Shown piece after piece: positions 26,355 through 36,213 of a stretch of DNA of 64,000 nt. The first letter of the stretch is position 1, and every line of letters starts with the position of its first letter. Both the position numbers and the translations under genes were made by a program. The DNA comes from Bacillota bacterium (GTDB lineage Bacteria; Bacillota; Clostridia; Oscillospirales; CAG-382). The stretch is taken from contig JAKPGJ010000012.1 in assembly GCA_029550965.1 (NCBI GenBank), forward strand, positions 215 through 64,214. The letters are read 5' to 3'. Below the pieces are notes generated by a model. That model had not been told where the DNA came from. It did no database searches and was given only the letters and a program-made list of their open reading frames with translations.

Positions 26355-27088
26355 TAAACCGCATTCTCCGAACCGACAGCCAAGAGCCCGCACAGACCGC
26401 ACAGAACGGCCGCCGTATTAAAGTTGACATGGTTCGTCAAAACAGCCGCGAAGGCTGTTTCTTTTTTGGTTTTCAAAATACCGGCGTCGTTGAATACATG
26501 GGGGATTTCGCCGGCTTTGCCGTAAAATGCCACGCCGGAATAGATATACCGCATCAGCCGGTCCGCGCATTTCTGCCTGCCCAGTATATCCATCGCCGCC
26601 GGGTTCTGCGACAGTCTTTTTAAAAGCATTACCGTATCGTACGCGCAGGTGTAGTTGTCCAGCCCGCGCTTGATCGCTTCGTAATCCAGCATGCGCCGCC
26701 GCAGGGCGGTGTTTTTCGCGTTCAGCGCGGACTGAATGTAATCGTTTATCGCTTCCATGCCGGCGTGGTCGATTAGAATATTGGTCGCCGTGTTGTCGCT
26801 GGAAGCGATCATCAGCGTCAGCAGTTCGGAAAGGGTCAGACCGCAAAGGTCTAACTCTTTGATGACGCTGTAATCGACATAACAGCTTTTGTCGTACGGA
26901 ATAACCGTGTCCAGCGGCATTTTCCGGTCCAAATAGTATGACATTATGTAAAGTTTAATGACGCTGGCGCTCGGAAAAGCCGTTTCGCTGTTGTGTTCAA
27001 ACTTCACGCTCCCGTCGTCTGCGGCGATCAGAACGCCGCAGGACGGGTTTTTTTGCAGAATGGCGTTGATTTTTTCTTTGATATTCAT
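26351..27088 (-). CDS. Serine hydrolase with a class A beta-lactamase fold
   Basis: SxxK (SASVIKLY) and SDN (SSDNTATN) motifs. No signal peptide. Directly follows the dipeptide epimerase gene. Confidence 0.75.
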   Translation of the reverse strand: MNIKEKINAILQKNPSCGVLIAADDGSVKFEHNSETAFPSASVIKLYIMSYYLDRKMPLDTVIPYDKSCYVDYSVIKELDLCGLTLSELLTLMIASSDNTATNILIDHAGMEAINDYIQSALNAKNTALRRRMLDYEAIKRGLDNYTCAYDTVMLLKRLSQNPAAMDILGRQKCADRLMRYIYSGVAFYGKAGEIPHVFNDAGILKTKKETAFAAVLTNHVNFNTAAVLCGLCGLLAVGSENAVY

Positions 27089-28174
27089 TCAGTCGATCCT
27101 CTTGACGTTCCAGATATCGGTGATGCCCAGTCCGGGTTTTTCGTTGGTTATAATGATTTTGTCGGGCTTAAAAATCGTCGAGGAATCAATCGGGTTGTTT
27201 TGAAGCAGTTCGACCGCGTCCAAATCCGCCATCGTGACGTTGTCGAACGCGGAAGCGAAATGCGCCGCGGCAATCACGCCGATGGGGTTTTCGAGCATGC
27301 AGCCCATCAGACACTTTATGCCGGCTTTTTCGGCGATACGGTTAATTCTTACGGCTTCGGCGATGCCGCCGGATTTTGCGAGCTTGATGTTGATAAAATC
27401 GGCGCACTGGGACGAAGCGACCGCCTTCGCGTCGCGAGCGGTGAAAACGCTCTCGTCCGCAAGAATCGGAATTCTGCTTGCCGCTTTCAGCTTTTTCATC
27501 AGCTCGAGTTCATACCGCCCGAACGGCTGCTCGATCAGCTGGATGTCGTAGTTTTTCTCGACGCAGTGGTTGACGACGCTGACCGCCGTATCAAAGTCCC
27601 ACGCCTGATTCGCGTCGATGCGGATGACGCACCCGCCGACGGCCGCGACCGCGTCGATGCGCCGGATATCCTGTTCCGCAGCGCCGCCTAACTTTACTTT
27701 TAAGATGCGTATGCCTTTCCGAACCGCTTTTGCCGCGTCTTCCGCCATCACGTCCGGCGGGTTTAGGCTGATTGTAATGTCGTTTTCGAGCGTTTTCGCC
27801 TGCCTGCCGCCGAGATATTTGTAAAGCGGAACGCCTTTTTCCTGCGCCAAAAGATCAAACAAAGCCATTTCAGCCGCGGCTTTTGCCGAAGCGTTGCACG
27901 CGATCGCGTTTGCAATTTTTTCGGTCAGAGAAAGATCAAGGTCCTGGTAGAGAACGGCGGATTTGATATAGTCCTTCAGCGCGCAGATAATCGAGGGCAT
28001 GGTCTCGCCCGTAATCGCGGCGGTCGGGGAAGCCGCGCCGTACCCCGTTAAACCTTCGTCCGTCGCGAACTCCACAATGACAGAGGACAGGCTGTCCACA
28101 GTCCGCAGCGCCGTTTTAAACGGCGTTTTGAGCTGCGCGTACTGTTCGTACAGATGGACGCGGATTATTTTCAT
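27089..28174 (-). CDS. Dipeptide epimerase (L-Ala-D/L-Glu epimerase type, enolase superfamily MLE subgroup)
   Basis: KVKLG, IRIDANQAW, IEQP and LADES motifs in the enolase-superfamily order. Confidence 0.85.
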   Translation of the reverse strand: MKIIRVHLYEQYAQLKTPFKTALRTVDSLSSVIVEFATDEGLTGYGAASPTAAITGETMPSIICALKDYIKSAVLYQDLDLSLTEKIANAIACNASAKAAAEMALFDLLAQEKGVPLYKYLGGRQAKTLENDITISLNPPDVMAEDAAKAVRKGIRILKVKLGGAAEQDIRRIDAVAAVGGCVIRIDANQAWDFDTAVSVVNHCVEKNYDIQLIEQPFGRYELELMKKLKAASRIPILADESVFTARDAKAVASSQCADFINIKLAKSGGIAEAVRINRIAEKAGIKCLMGCMLENPIGVIAAAHFASAFDNVTMADLDAVELLQNNPIDSSTIFKPDKIIITNEKPGLGITDIWNVKRID

Positions 28175-28286
28175 AAAAAATCACCTTCTTACTTATATAA
28201 AAATAGCATATACGCACAAGAAATGCAAGTTGTGGAATAGAAAGGTTCGAACAACAAATAATAAATAAAAAAAGGATATTAAGGAT

Positions 28287-29588
28287 ATGAAATCTGTTTG
28301 GAGCGAAAGCGTTGATTTGCCAAAGTTTCCGAAACTGGAAGGGGATAAGTCCTGCGACGTCTTAGTCATCGGCGGCGGGCTTGCGGGAATTCTGTGCGCC
28401 TACTTTTTGAAAGAAGCGGGCGTGGACTGCCTGCTCGTAGAGGGCGAGACCATCTGCAGCGGCGTGACCAAAAACACCACCGCGAAGATTACCGCCCAGC
28501 ACGGGCTGATTTACGCAAAGCTGATTCAAAACTTCGGCGTCCAAAAAGCGAAGCAGTACCTTTCGGCTAACCTCTGGGCGGTCGGGAAGTACCGCGAACT
28601 GAGCGAAGTGTTCCAATGCGATTTTGAAGAAAAGAACGCTTATGTTTACACGCTGACCGATAGAAAGAAAATAGAAGACGAGGTCAGCGCGGTCAACAGG
28701 CTGGGTTTCGGCGCGGAACTGGTCGAAAAAGTGCCGCTTCCGCTGGACGTAAAAGCGGCGGTTCGGTTCCCGAATCAGGCGCAGTTCAATCCGCTCAAGT
28801 TTGCCGCCGGCATCGCGGGCGGTCTGAACATCCGCGAGCGCACTTTTATTCAAAAAGTAAAGGGCAATGTCGCTTATACGGATACCGGCAATATCAAAGC
28901 GGAAAAAATCATTATCGCCACGCATTTTCCGTTTATCAATCGGCGCGGGCTGTATTTTATCAAGCTGTATCAGAGCCGCTCGTACACCATCGCTTTGGAG
29001 AACGCGCCGGATGTCGGCGGCATGTACGTGGACGAAGCGGAAAACGGCATGTCGTTCCGCAACTACCAGAACCTTCTGCTCATCGGCGGCGGCGACCACA
29101 GAACCGGCAAGCCGGGCGGCAGGTATCAGGAACTGCGCAATTTCGCAAGAACGCGCTACCGCGGCGCGGTGGAGCAGTATTCCTGGGCGACGCAGGACTG
29201 CATGAGCCTGGACGGCATTCCGTATATCGGCAGGTATTCGCCCAACACGCCCAATCTGTTCGTCGCGACCGGATTCAACAAATGGGGCATGACCTCGTCG
29301 ATGGTCAGCGCAAGGATTCTGCGCGATATGGTTCTGGAGCAAAAGAACCAGTTTGCGGACGTTTTTGCGCCCGACCGCTCGATTTTTACAAAGCAGCTGT
29401 TTGTCAATCTGAGCGATACGGTCGTCAGCCTGCTGACGCCCTCCACCAAGCGCTGCACGCACCTCGGCTGCTCGCTGAAGTGGAACGAGGTCGAGCACAC
29501 CTGGGAATGTCCCTGCCACGGCTCGCGGTATGACGAAAAGGGCAACCTGATCGACAACCCGGCGATGCGGAACGCGGACGTGAAATGA
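28287..29588 (+). CDS. FAD-dependent oxidoreductase with a C-terminal Rieske [2Fe-2S] domain (YhfW-like)
   Basis: DVLVIGGGLAGI dinucleotide-binding motif and the Rieske motif CTHLGCSL...CPCHGSRYD. Confidence 0.85.
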   Translation: MKSVWSESVDLPKFPKLEGDKSCDVLVIGGGLAGILCAYFLKEAGVDCLLVEGETICSGVTKNTTAKITAQHGLIYAKLIQNFGVQKAKQYLSANLWAVGKYRELSEVFQCDFEEKNAYVYTLTDRKKIEDEVSAVNRLGFGAELVEKVPLPLDVKAAVRFPNQAQFNPLKFAAGIAGGLNIRERTFIQKVKGNVAYTDTGNIKAEKIIIATHFPFINRRGLYFIKLYQSRSYTIALENAPDVGGMYVDEAENGMSFRNYQNLLLIGGGDHRTGKPGGRYQELRNFARTRYRGAVEQYSWATQDCMSLDGIPYIGRYSPNTPNLFVATGFNKWGMTSSMVSARILRDMVLEQKNQFADVFAPDRSIFTKQLFVNLSDTVVSLLTPSTKRCTHLGCSLKWNEVEHTWECPCHGSRYDEKGNLIDNPAMRNADVK

Positions 29589-29597
29589 ATATGAAAT

Positions 29598-29633
29598 CCC
29601 CGTAAAGAAGATTCCGTCTTACGGGGTCTTTTT
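29598..29633 (+). terminator. Rho-independent terminator
   Basis: CCCCGTAA (29598-29605) pairs with TTACGGGG (29619-29626), followed by TCTTTTT. Confidence 0.75.
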
Positions 29634-29710
29634 GAGAAAGATATTTTATAATATAACGCGGCCGCGACGAAAGAATCAGGGCATATGCGGGAGAGAGTTG
29701 AGCAAAAAAT

Positions 29711-29740
29711 AAAAGGAACCGCTTTTTTGCGGTTCCTTTT
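29711..29740. terminator. Bidirectional hairpin terminator (serves the minus-strand surface protein gene)
   Basis: AAAAGGAACCGC-TTTTTT-GCGGTTCCTTTT. Confidence 0.7.
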
Positions 29741-29755
29741 ATTCAAGTTGCTTGC

Positions 29756-30715
29756 TTATTCTTTTTTCTTGTTTTTGCTTACGAAATAGATGACAACCGC
29801 AACGACAGCGACTACAACGGCTGCGATGACAACATAAATCCACCAGTTGCTGCTATCTTCGGTTTCGGTGGATACGCTGCTTGCGGAGCTGTCGCTCTTC
29901 GAGCTGGTTACGTCGGATTTCGCTTCGCTGGAAGTAGAAGAAGCTTCACTCTTAGCGGAAGACGTATCGCTGCTTGCAGCGGAGGAAGCGGCAGAAGAAG
30001 TTGCTACGGAAGAAGCTGCAGAGGATGCGGCGCTCGACTCGAACTTAGTAGGCTCGGGTCTGACTTTGCCGAGATCCTTCACGTCTGCAGTTGAGCTTAC
30101 GTAGAACTTGTAAATCGTAAGTTTGCCGCCGACTTTGCCGACCATATCGAAATCAAGGTCGCAGAAGCGATGCATATGATTGTCAAATACACATGAGGAG
30201 CCTTTATCAACAGTAACGTATGTACCTAAATCCCAAACACCGAAGCCTTCTCCGCTGACTTTACGATGTTTTGCGTATGTTGAATCGCTTTCCATACTGT
30301 TCAGGTAAAGGTCTGCAAGCGTGTTGGCGGTTGCTTTGTCTTTACGGGTATAATGCGCTACGAATCTGCTGAACGAAACGCCGTCGGCAGATGCGTAATC
30401 GTAAACGACAAAGGCGCCTTTGGTGATGTCAAAAGCATCGCCGCTGTAAATTGTGCCGCCGCTTTCTTCCTGATAAACGTTTTCAGCAAAAATCATTTTG
30501 ACGTTTGCCGACGTAGCGGTGAGCGTAAACGTAACCGAACCGTCGCTGTTCTCTTCCATCGTGCAGCCGGTTAACTGCAGTTTGCCCATCGTGTTGTCTT
30601 TGGTGGGCATGAGGTTTACTAAAACTGTGTCTTCGGCCGACGTAGAGATTGCGAACTGCGCTACGATCATCATGAGCGCAACGGCCAACAAAGCGATTTG
30701 CTTGATGTGTTTCAT
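29756..30715 (-). CDS. Cell-surface protein of unknown function: signal peptide, ~210-aa globular domain, Ser/Ala-rich stalk, C-terminal TM anchor
   Basis: N-terminus MKHIKQIALLAVALMMIVAQFAISTSA, a stalk of SSAASSAASSVATSSAASS..., and the anchor WWIYVVIAAVVVAVVAVVIYFVSKNKKKE. Confidence 0.65.
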   Translation of the reverse strand: MKHIKQIALLAVALMMIVAQFAISTSAEDTVLVNLMPTKDNTMGKLQLTGCTMEENSDGSVTFTLTATSANVKMIFAENVYQEESGGTIYSGDAFDITKGAFVVYDYASADGVSFSRFVAHYTRKDKATANTLADLYLNSMESDSTYAKHRKVSGEGFGVWDLGTYVTVDKGSSCVFDNHMHRFCDLDFDMVGKVGGKLTIYKFYVSSTADVKDLGKVRPEPTKFESSAASSAASSVATSSAASSAASSDTSSAKSEASSTSSEAKSDVTSSKSDSSASSVSTETEDSSNWWIYVVIAAVVVAVVAVVIYFVSKNKKKE

Positions 30716-30748
30716 TTTTCAACCTTCTTTTCTATAAATTTACAACAC

Positions 30749-31582
30749 TTATATTATACTAAATTTCAAACTAATGTCAAGAGATTTAACAGAATGTGTC
30801 AAACTTCCGATTGAAATCAAATCCACACCGGTTTTCGCAACCTCGGAAAGGTCCTTTTCGCCCATATTGCCGCTTGCCTCGACGATCGCTCTGCCGCCGA
30901 TGATTTGCACGGCCTTCGCCATATCCTCGTTGGACATATTGTCCAGCATGATAATATCCGCTTTCGCCTCGAGCGCTTCATAAAGCTGGACGAAGTTTTC
31001 CACCTCGACTTCGATTTTTAAGGTATGCGGACAGTGTCTCCTCGCCGCTTCCACGGCATTTTTAATCGAGCCGGCCGCGGCGATATGATTGTCCTTTATC
31101 AAAACGCCGTCCGAAAGATTGAAGCGGTGGTTTACGCCGCCGCCGACTCTGACGGCGTATTTGTCCAGCAGCCGAAGCCCGGGCATGGTTTTCCGCGTAT
31201 CCGCGATATGCGCTTTGGTGCCCGCAACCGCTTTGACGGCTTTCGCGGTCGCGGTCGCGATGCCGCTCGCGCGCTGCATTAGGTTGAGCGCGGTTCTCTC
31301 GCCGGTCAGGATGGTGCGGGCGTTTCCGCTGATTTCGGCGATGACGTCGCCTTTCTTTATCGAGTCGCCGTCTTTGAAATATTTTACCATCTCAAAATCG
31401 CCGCCGACAAGCTCGAACGTGCGCTGCGCGATGTCAATGCCGCACAAAACGCCGTCGTCCTTGGCGATAAACCTGCCAGAAACTCGTCTGTCCGCCGGAA
31501 CAATGCTGTTCGTGGTGATGTCGCCGAACGGAGCGTCTTCCTCAAGCGACATCTGGATTATGCGGTCAAATATGGTTTTCAT
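30749..31582 (-). CDS. nadC: Nicotinate-nucleotide diphosphorylase (carboxylating)
   Basis: Full-length match to the QPRTase pattern (ERTALNLMQRASGIAT, DTRKT.PGLR, VGGG.NHR, IMLDNM). Confidence 0.93.
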   Translation of the reverse strand: MKTIFDRIIQMSLEEDAPFGDITTNSIVPADRRVSGRFIAKDDGVLCGIDIAQRTFELVGGDFEMVKYFKDGDSIKKGDVIAEISGNARTILTGERTALNLMQRASGIATATAKAVKAVAGTKAHIADTRKTMPGLRLLDKYAVRVGGGVNHRFNLSDGVLIKDNHIAAAGSIKNAVEAARRHCPHTLKIEVEVENFVQLYEALEAKADIIMLDNMSNEDMAKAVQIIGGRAIVEASGNMGEKDLSEVAKTGVDLISIGSLTHSVKSLDISLKFSII

Positions 31583-31603
31583 AGAGCGTTACCCCTCTCT
31601 TTC

Positions 31604-33154
31604 TTACTGCTCCTCGTCAGTCAGGTAGTGCGCGCCCACGCTCTTTTTGCGCGCGATGGCCGCTTCCACGACTTTCCGGGAAACCTGAAGCATATTGTAC
31701 ACTTTGAACTCGTAGGGGAGAGACAGATGTGCGTCCTCGATCTGTTCGGCAAGCGCGTCCAGTTCCGCCTGCGCGGTGCGCAGGCCTTCCCGGCTCCGGA
31801 TGGGTCCGGCGTAAGCGGTCATAATCTGCTTGATTTTCGCTTCAAGCGCAGAGTAGAAGCCGATATCCAGTTTTTTATGATAAATCTTCGATTCTACTTT
31901 TATCTTCTTGTTTTCGTTATAGCTGGGCACGATATTGCCGTTGATGTATCGCGCGCACCTGCGTCCGAACACAAGACATTCGAGCAGCGAGTTGGAAGCG
32001 AGCCTGTTCGCGCCGTGTATGCCGGTGCGCGCCGCCTCGCCGACGCAGTAGAGCCCTTTGATGTTGGTTCTGCCGTCAATATCGGTCTTGACGCCGCCCA
32101 TGATGTAATGCTGCGCCGGGCGGACCGGAATCCTGTCTTTGGTCAGATGAATGCCTCTGCTCTCGCACTCGTTGAAGATGGTCGGAAAACGCTCTTTGAA
32201 GAACTCCGTCGTCATGGACGAAACATCCAGCCATACGTTTTGATCGCCGGTTCTTTCCATTTCAGCGAGCACGCAGCGGGTTACGATGTCGCGCGGCGCG
32301 AGGTCGGCAAGCTCGTGCTTGCCCTGCATAAACGCTTCGCCCCTGCTGTTGCGCAGAATTCCGCCTTCGCCTCGGACCGCTTCGGAAATCAGGAACAGTC
32401 TGGACGCTTTTCCGTCGGAAATCAGCGTGGTGGGATGGAACTGAATCATTTCCATATCCTGCAGAACCGCGCCGGCCCGGTACGCAGCGGCAATTCCGTC
32501 GCCGACAGAGCCGAGCGGGCTGGTCGTGTACTGATAAATCTGACCGCAGCCGCCGGTCGCGATGATGACGTTTCTGCTGCGCAGCACCTTGAAATCGTCC
32601 CCGACCTTTACCAGCACGCCGCAGACGCCGTTGTCGTCGGTCAGGAGGTCTACCAAAAAGGTTTCAAAGAAAAAGTGGAGGTTATCCTTCTGCATCGCGA
32701 TTTTGCTGAGCTGAATGGTCGTCTCCCTGCCGGTCGCGTCGCCGCCGCAGTGCACGATACGGCGGGTTCTGTGACCGCCCTCGCGCGTAATCTGCAGGTC
32801 GCCGTCCGCGTTGACGTCGAACGGAACCTTCATGTCAATCAGCGTTCGGATGTTCTCCGGACCTTCCTCGACAAGCACCTTGACGGCTTCCGGGTCGCAA
32901 AGACCGGCGCCCGCTTTTATTGTGTCGTTGATGTGCATGATATAGGTGTCTTCGGGCGACATCACCGCGGCGATACCGCCCTGCGCGAGGTAGGAGTTGC
33001 TCTCGTCGATATTCGCTTTGGTCACGACGGCGCACTGAAGCGCGGAATCCAGATGGAGCGCCGAATACAGCCCCGCGATTCCGCTTCCTATGATGACGAC
33101 GTCAAAGTCGTATACGCTCATTTCTTCATTGATCGAAAATAAATATCTGCGCAT
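31604..33154 (-). CDS. nadB: L-aspartate oxidase
   Basis: DVVIIGSGIAGL FAD motif and the fumarate reductase/succinate dehydrogenase flavoprotein fold (HCGGD, RGEGG). ATG 33154 lies after GAGAGAAG. The track ORF starts at TTG 33160. Confidence 0.92.
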   Translation of the reverse strand: MRRYLFSINEEMSVYDFDVVIIGSGIAGLYSALHLDSALQCAVVTKANIDESNSYLAQGGIAAVMSPEDTYIMHINDTIKAGAGLCDPEAVKVLVEEGPENIRTLIDMKVPFDVNADGDLQITREGGHRTRRIVHCGGDATGRETTIQLSKIAMQKDNLHFFFETFLVDLLTDDNGVCGVLVKVGDDFKVLRSRNVIIATGGCGQIYQYTTSPLGSVGDGIAAAYRAGAVLQDMEMIQFHPTTLISDGKASRLFLISEAVRGEGGILRNSRGEAFMQGKHELADLAPRDIVTRCVLAEMERTGDQNVWLDVSSMTTEFFKERFPTIFNECESRGIHLTKDRIPVRPAQHYIMGGVKTDIDGRTNIKGLYCVGEAARTGIHGANRLASNSLLECLVFGRRCARYINGNIVPSYNENKKIKVESKIYHKKLDIGFYSALEAKIKQIMTAYAGPIRSREGLRTAQAELDALAEQIEDAHLSLPYEFKVYNMLQVSRKVVEAAIARKKSVGAHYLTDEEQ

Positions 33155-33195
33155 TGACAATTCTTCTCTCTAAATTGATATTTAAGGAATCTATT

Positions 33196-34113
33196 TTACA
33201 GTATTTCCTCAATGTTGTACGGCGTGTTCTGGTAAACGAAGTAGTTCAGCCAGTTCGAATACAAAAGATGCGCGTGCGAGCGCCATGTGTTCTTAGGCGT
33301 CAAATTGACGTCGTTGTTCGGGAAGTAATTGTACGGAATGTCAATCTTCAAGCCTTTCGCGACGTCGCGCAGATACTCTTTCTGCAGCGTATCGTGATCG
33401 TATTCAGCATGGCCGGTGACGTAAACCTCTCTGCCGTCTCTGGACGCGACCAGATAAACGCCCGCGATGTCCGAAACGGCGGCGAGCAGGAGGTTATCCT
33501 GCTTTAAAATATCCTCGGGGTCCACCGTCGAATAGCGCGAGTGCGGCGCAAGGAAAACCTCGTCGAATCCTCTGACGAGCGGGTACAGCGGGATTAACGT
33601 CCTGTGCTCGAACACGCCGAACATCTTTTTCTCCAAAATACGCTTCGGTATATTGTAATTAAAATATAGTCCGGCGTACGCGCCCCAGCAGACGTACATC
33701 GTCGAATAAACATTATGCTTGCACCACGCCATAATGGAGCAGAGTTCTTCCCAGTAATCCACTTCCTCAAACGGAAGGGTCTCAACCGGCGCGCCCGTGA
33801 TAATCAGGCCGTCGAACTTTTCTTTTTTGACCTCGTCAAAGGTTTTGTAGAACGAAGCCAAATGCGCGGCGGGCGTGTTCTTGGACTGATGGGATGCGGT
33901 TTTTAAAAGCGTTATATCAATCTGCAGCGGCGTGTTGGACAATAGCCGCATGAATTGCGTTTCCGTAACGATTTTTGTCGGCATCAGATTGAGGATTGCG
34001 ATTCTGAGCGGACGAATATCCTGTCTGAGCGCGCGGTATTCGTCCATAACAAATATGTTTTCGTTGATCAGCACTTCCGTTGCCGGCAGTTCGTGAGGAA
34101 TCTTGATGGGCAT
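33196..34113 (-). CDS. metA: Homoserine O-acyltransferase (MetA family)
   Basis: [11 protein letters not shown]...IAILNLMP...ITGAP...CWGA are MetA hallmarks. ATG 34113 is preceded by AGGAGG. Confidence 0.92.
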   Translation of the reverse strand: MPIKIPHELPATEVLINENIFVMDEYRALRQDIRPLRIAILNLMPTKIVTETQFMRLLSNTPLQIDITLLKTASHQSKNTPAAHLASFYKTFDEVKKEKFDGLIITGAPVETLPFEEVDYWEELCSIMAWCKHNVYSTMYVCWGAYAGLYFNYNIPKRILEKKMFGVFEHRTLIPLYPLVRGFDEVFLAPHSRYSTVDPEDILKQDNLLLAAVSDIAGVYLVASRDGREVYVTGHAEYDHDTLQKEYLRDVAKGLKIDIPYNYFPNNDVNLTPKNTWRSHAHLLYSNWLNYFVYQNTPYNIEEIL

Positions 34114-34224
34114 AGAAAACCTCCTTTTTGTAAAAACAGAATGGATGAAAAACACGGAAAAACGTCTGAAAAACAGACATTTTCGCGATAATAAGACATA
34201 TATGACATATAAATATTAGACCAT

Positions 34225-34253
34225 ATTATAGCATTAGAAAAATGAATTTTCAA
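34225..34253 (-). promoter_or_regulatory. sigma-A promoter for metA (minus strand)
   Basis: On the minus strand: TTGAAA (34253-34248), 17-nt spacer, TGc-TATAAT (34230-34225). Confidence 0.6.
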
Positions 34254-34357
34254 CATATTTTTTTTATGAATTTTCCCCTTGTAAATCTACAAACATATGG
34301 AAAAACAGGCAAAATTATGATAAACTACAAACATCATCCGAAACGAAGGGTTATAGC

Positions 34358-34993
34358 GTGAAAAACACAGTCATTTATAAAGTAATCGAATCAAATCCGG
34401 ATATCGGCATTATCAAAAAATGCGCAGAACTGATTAAAAACGGAGGCGTCGCCGCTTTTCCGACCGAGACGGTGTACGGCGTCGGCGCGAACGCGTTTGA
34501 CGAAAAAGCGGTGGCGGAGATTTATTACGCCAAAGAACGCCCGGCACAGAAGCCGCTGTCCTGCCATATCGCTTCGCTAAAGATAGCGGAGGAAATCGCG
34601 TACTTAACCGACGAAGCGAGAAAGCTGATTGAAGCGTTCACGCCCGGACCGCTGACGGTGATCGTGAAAAAGAAGCCCTGCGTGCCGGACATCGTGACCG
34701 CGGGAAACGATACCGTCGGACTGCGCTTTCCGAGCAACAACATCTTTGTGCTGCTCGCCAAAGAAGCGGGATGTCCCATCGCGGCGACGTCGGCGAATAT
34801 TTCGGGCAGAATCAGCGCAAAGGACGGCAAAGAAGTCGTCGAGGAGCTGTACGGCAGGGTGGATATGATTCTGGACGCCGGACGCACCGAGTACGGCTTG
34901 GAATCCACCATTGTTTCTTTGGTCGGCGAACCGAAAATCCTGCGGCAGGGCGCCATACCGCAAAGCGAAATTGCGAAATATATAAGGCTCTAA
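34358..34993 (+). CDS. tsaC: L-threonylcarbamoyladenylate synthase (YrdC/Sua5 domain, TsaC type)
   Basis: AAFPTETVYGVGANAF and PIAATSANISG motifs. GTG start after GAAGGG. Confidence 0.88.
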   Translation: MKNTVIYKVIESNPDIGIIKKCAELIKNGGVAAFPTETVYGVGANAFDEKAVAEIYYAKERPAQKPLSCHIASLKIAEEIAYLTDEARKLIEAFTPGPLTVIVKKKPCVPDIVTAGNDTVGLRFPSNNIFVLLAKEAGCPIAATSANISGRISAKDGKEVVEELYGRVDMILDAGRTEYGLESTIVSLVGEPKILRQGAIPQSEIAKYIRL

Positions 34994-35014
34994 CCGATTT
35001 TACGGGAGAATGGT

Positions 35015-35617
35015 ATGAAACTGATCGGACTGTGCGGAAGAAGCGGGAGCGGCAAAAGCGAGTGCGGCAGGATGATCGCCTCCATGGGCATCGCGGTCAT
35101 CGACTGCGACGCCGTTTACCATGAGCTGCTGGAGAGCAGCGAGCCGTTGAAGCAGGAGCTGACCGGCTTCTTCGGAACCGAAATTTTAGATCACGAAGGC
35201 AGCATCGACCGCAAGGCTTTGGGCAGAATCGTGTTCGCGGACGATACGCTGCTGATGAAGCTGAACCAAATCACGCACAAGCATATTTTGCAGACCGTGC
35301 TCCGTCGCGCCGAAGCCGCCGCGCCGAAAAGCAGGGGCGGGCTGGTTGTCGTTCAGGCGCCGCTTCTGTTTGAGAGCGGGTTTGACAAACAGTGCTATAA
35401 AATTGTCGGCGTGATCGCGCCCGACGAACAAAGCGTCGAAAGGCTGTGCAAACGGGATAACCTTGCCAAAGAACAGGCGGCGATTCGGCTATCGAAGCAG
35501 TTGGACAACGAATATCTTAAAGCGCGCTGCGATTATATTATATATAACAACTCCGATTTGGCGGCGCTGCGGGCAAACACCGAGCGTGTTTTCGAGAACA
35601 TTCTGAAAGGGTGTTAA
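35015..35617 (+). CDS. coaE: Dephospho-CoA kinase
   Basis: P-loop IGLCGRSGSGKS and overall CoaE length and pattern. Confidence 0.88.
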   Translation: MKLIGLCGRSGSGKSECGRMIASMGIAVIDCDAVYHELLESSEPLKQELTGFFGTEILDHEGSIDRKALGRIVFADDTLLMKLNQITHKHILQTVLRRAEAAAPKSRGGLVVVQAPLLFESGFDKQCYKIVGVIAPDEQSVERLCKRDNLAKEQAAIRLSKQLDNEYLKARCDYIIYNNSDLAALRANTERVFENILKGC

Positions 35618-35621
35618 CATA

Positions 35622-36197
35622 TTGAAGAAAAAGAGAAAAATAATAACGGTGGCTGCCCTGATCGTTGTTTTCCTGACTGCCGGCTATTTGATGCTTTACA
35701 GGTATATCCAGAAACAGCGGTATCCGCTCAAGTACGAGGAGTACGTAGCGAAATACGCCGCGGCGTATGACGTGCCGCAGGAGATTGTTTTCGCCGTGAT
35801 TTATACGGAGAGCAGTTTCCGCGCGGACGCGGTCTCCAGAAAAGGCGCGACGGGTTTGATGCAGCTGATGCCGAGCACCTACGAATGGCTTGCCAAAATG
35901 AAGAGCGAAAACTACGAGGAAGGCGCGCTGACCAATCCGGAAACCAACATCAAATACGGGGTATATTATTTATCCTACCTTTATAAACGGTTCGGGAACT
36001 GGGACACGGCGCTTGCCGGATACAACGCCGGACACGGCAGCGTTACGAGCTGGCTCGCGGATACGCGTTATTCCGACGACGGCGTGACGCTAAAGGCCAT
36101 TCCGTATTCGGAAACGGAACAGTTTGTGAAAAAGGTCAATAAGGTAAAACAAATCTATATCGATTTATATTGCGAAAACAGTCAGTTTGTAAATTGA
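35622..36197 (+). CDS. Lytic transglycosylase (SLT domain) with an N-terminal membrane anchor
   Basis: Catalytic ES motif and GLMQL: VIYTESSFRADAVSRKGATGLMQLMPST...AGYNAG. Confidence 0.88.
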   Translation: MKKKRKIITVAALIVVFLTAGYLMLYRYIQKQRYPLKYEEYVAKYAAAYDVPQEIVFAVIYTESSFRADAVSRKGATGLMQLMPSTYEWLAKMKSENYEEGALTNPETNIKYGVYYLSYLYKRFGNWDTALAGYNAGHGSVTSWLADTRYSDDGVTLKAIPYSETEQFVKKVNKVKQIYIDLYCENSQFVN

Positions 36198-36213
36198 AAA
36201 GGAGAAAAGGGAA

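Noticed and set aside
31628-33142. 504-aa plus-strand ORF
   Set aside because: It lies entirely antisense to nadB, whose product has clear FAD and flavoprotein motifs. The antisense product is Arg/Gly/Ala-rich, which is typical of GC-rich shadow frames. The same reasoning applies to 28362-29519, 39794-41395, 23435-24568, 9066-9668, 18537-19265, 12391-13032 and 16796-17794.
34114-34224. Possible SAM (S-box) riboswitch or T-box in the metA leader
   Set aside because: The leader is only ~105 nt, is AT-rich, and lacks the conserved S-box helices or a T-box (no …GGTGGTACCGCG… element). Only a small hairpin is present.
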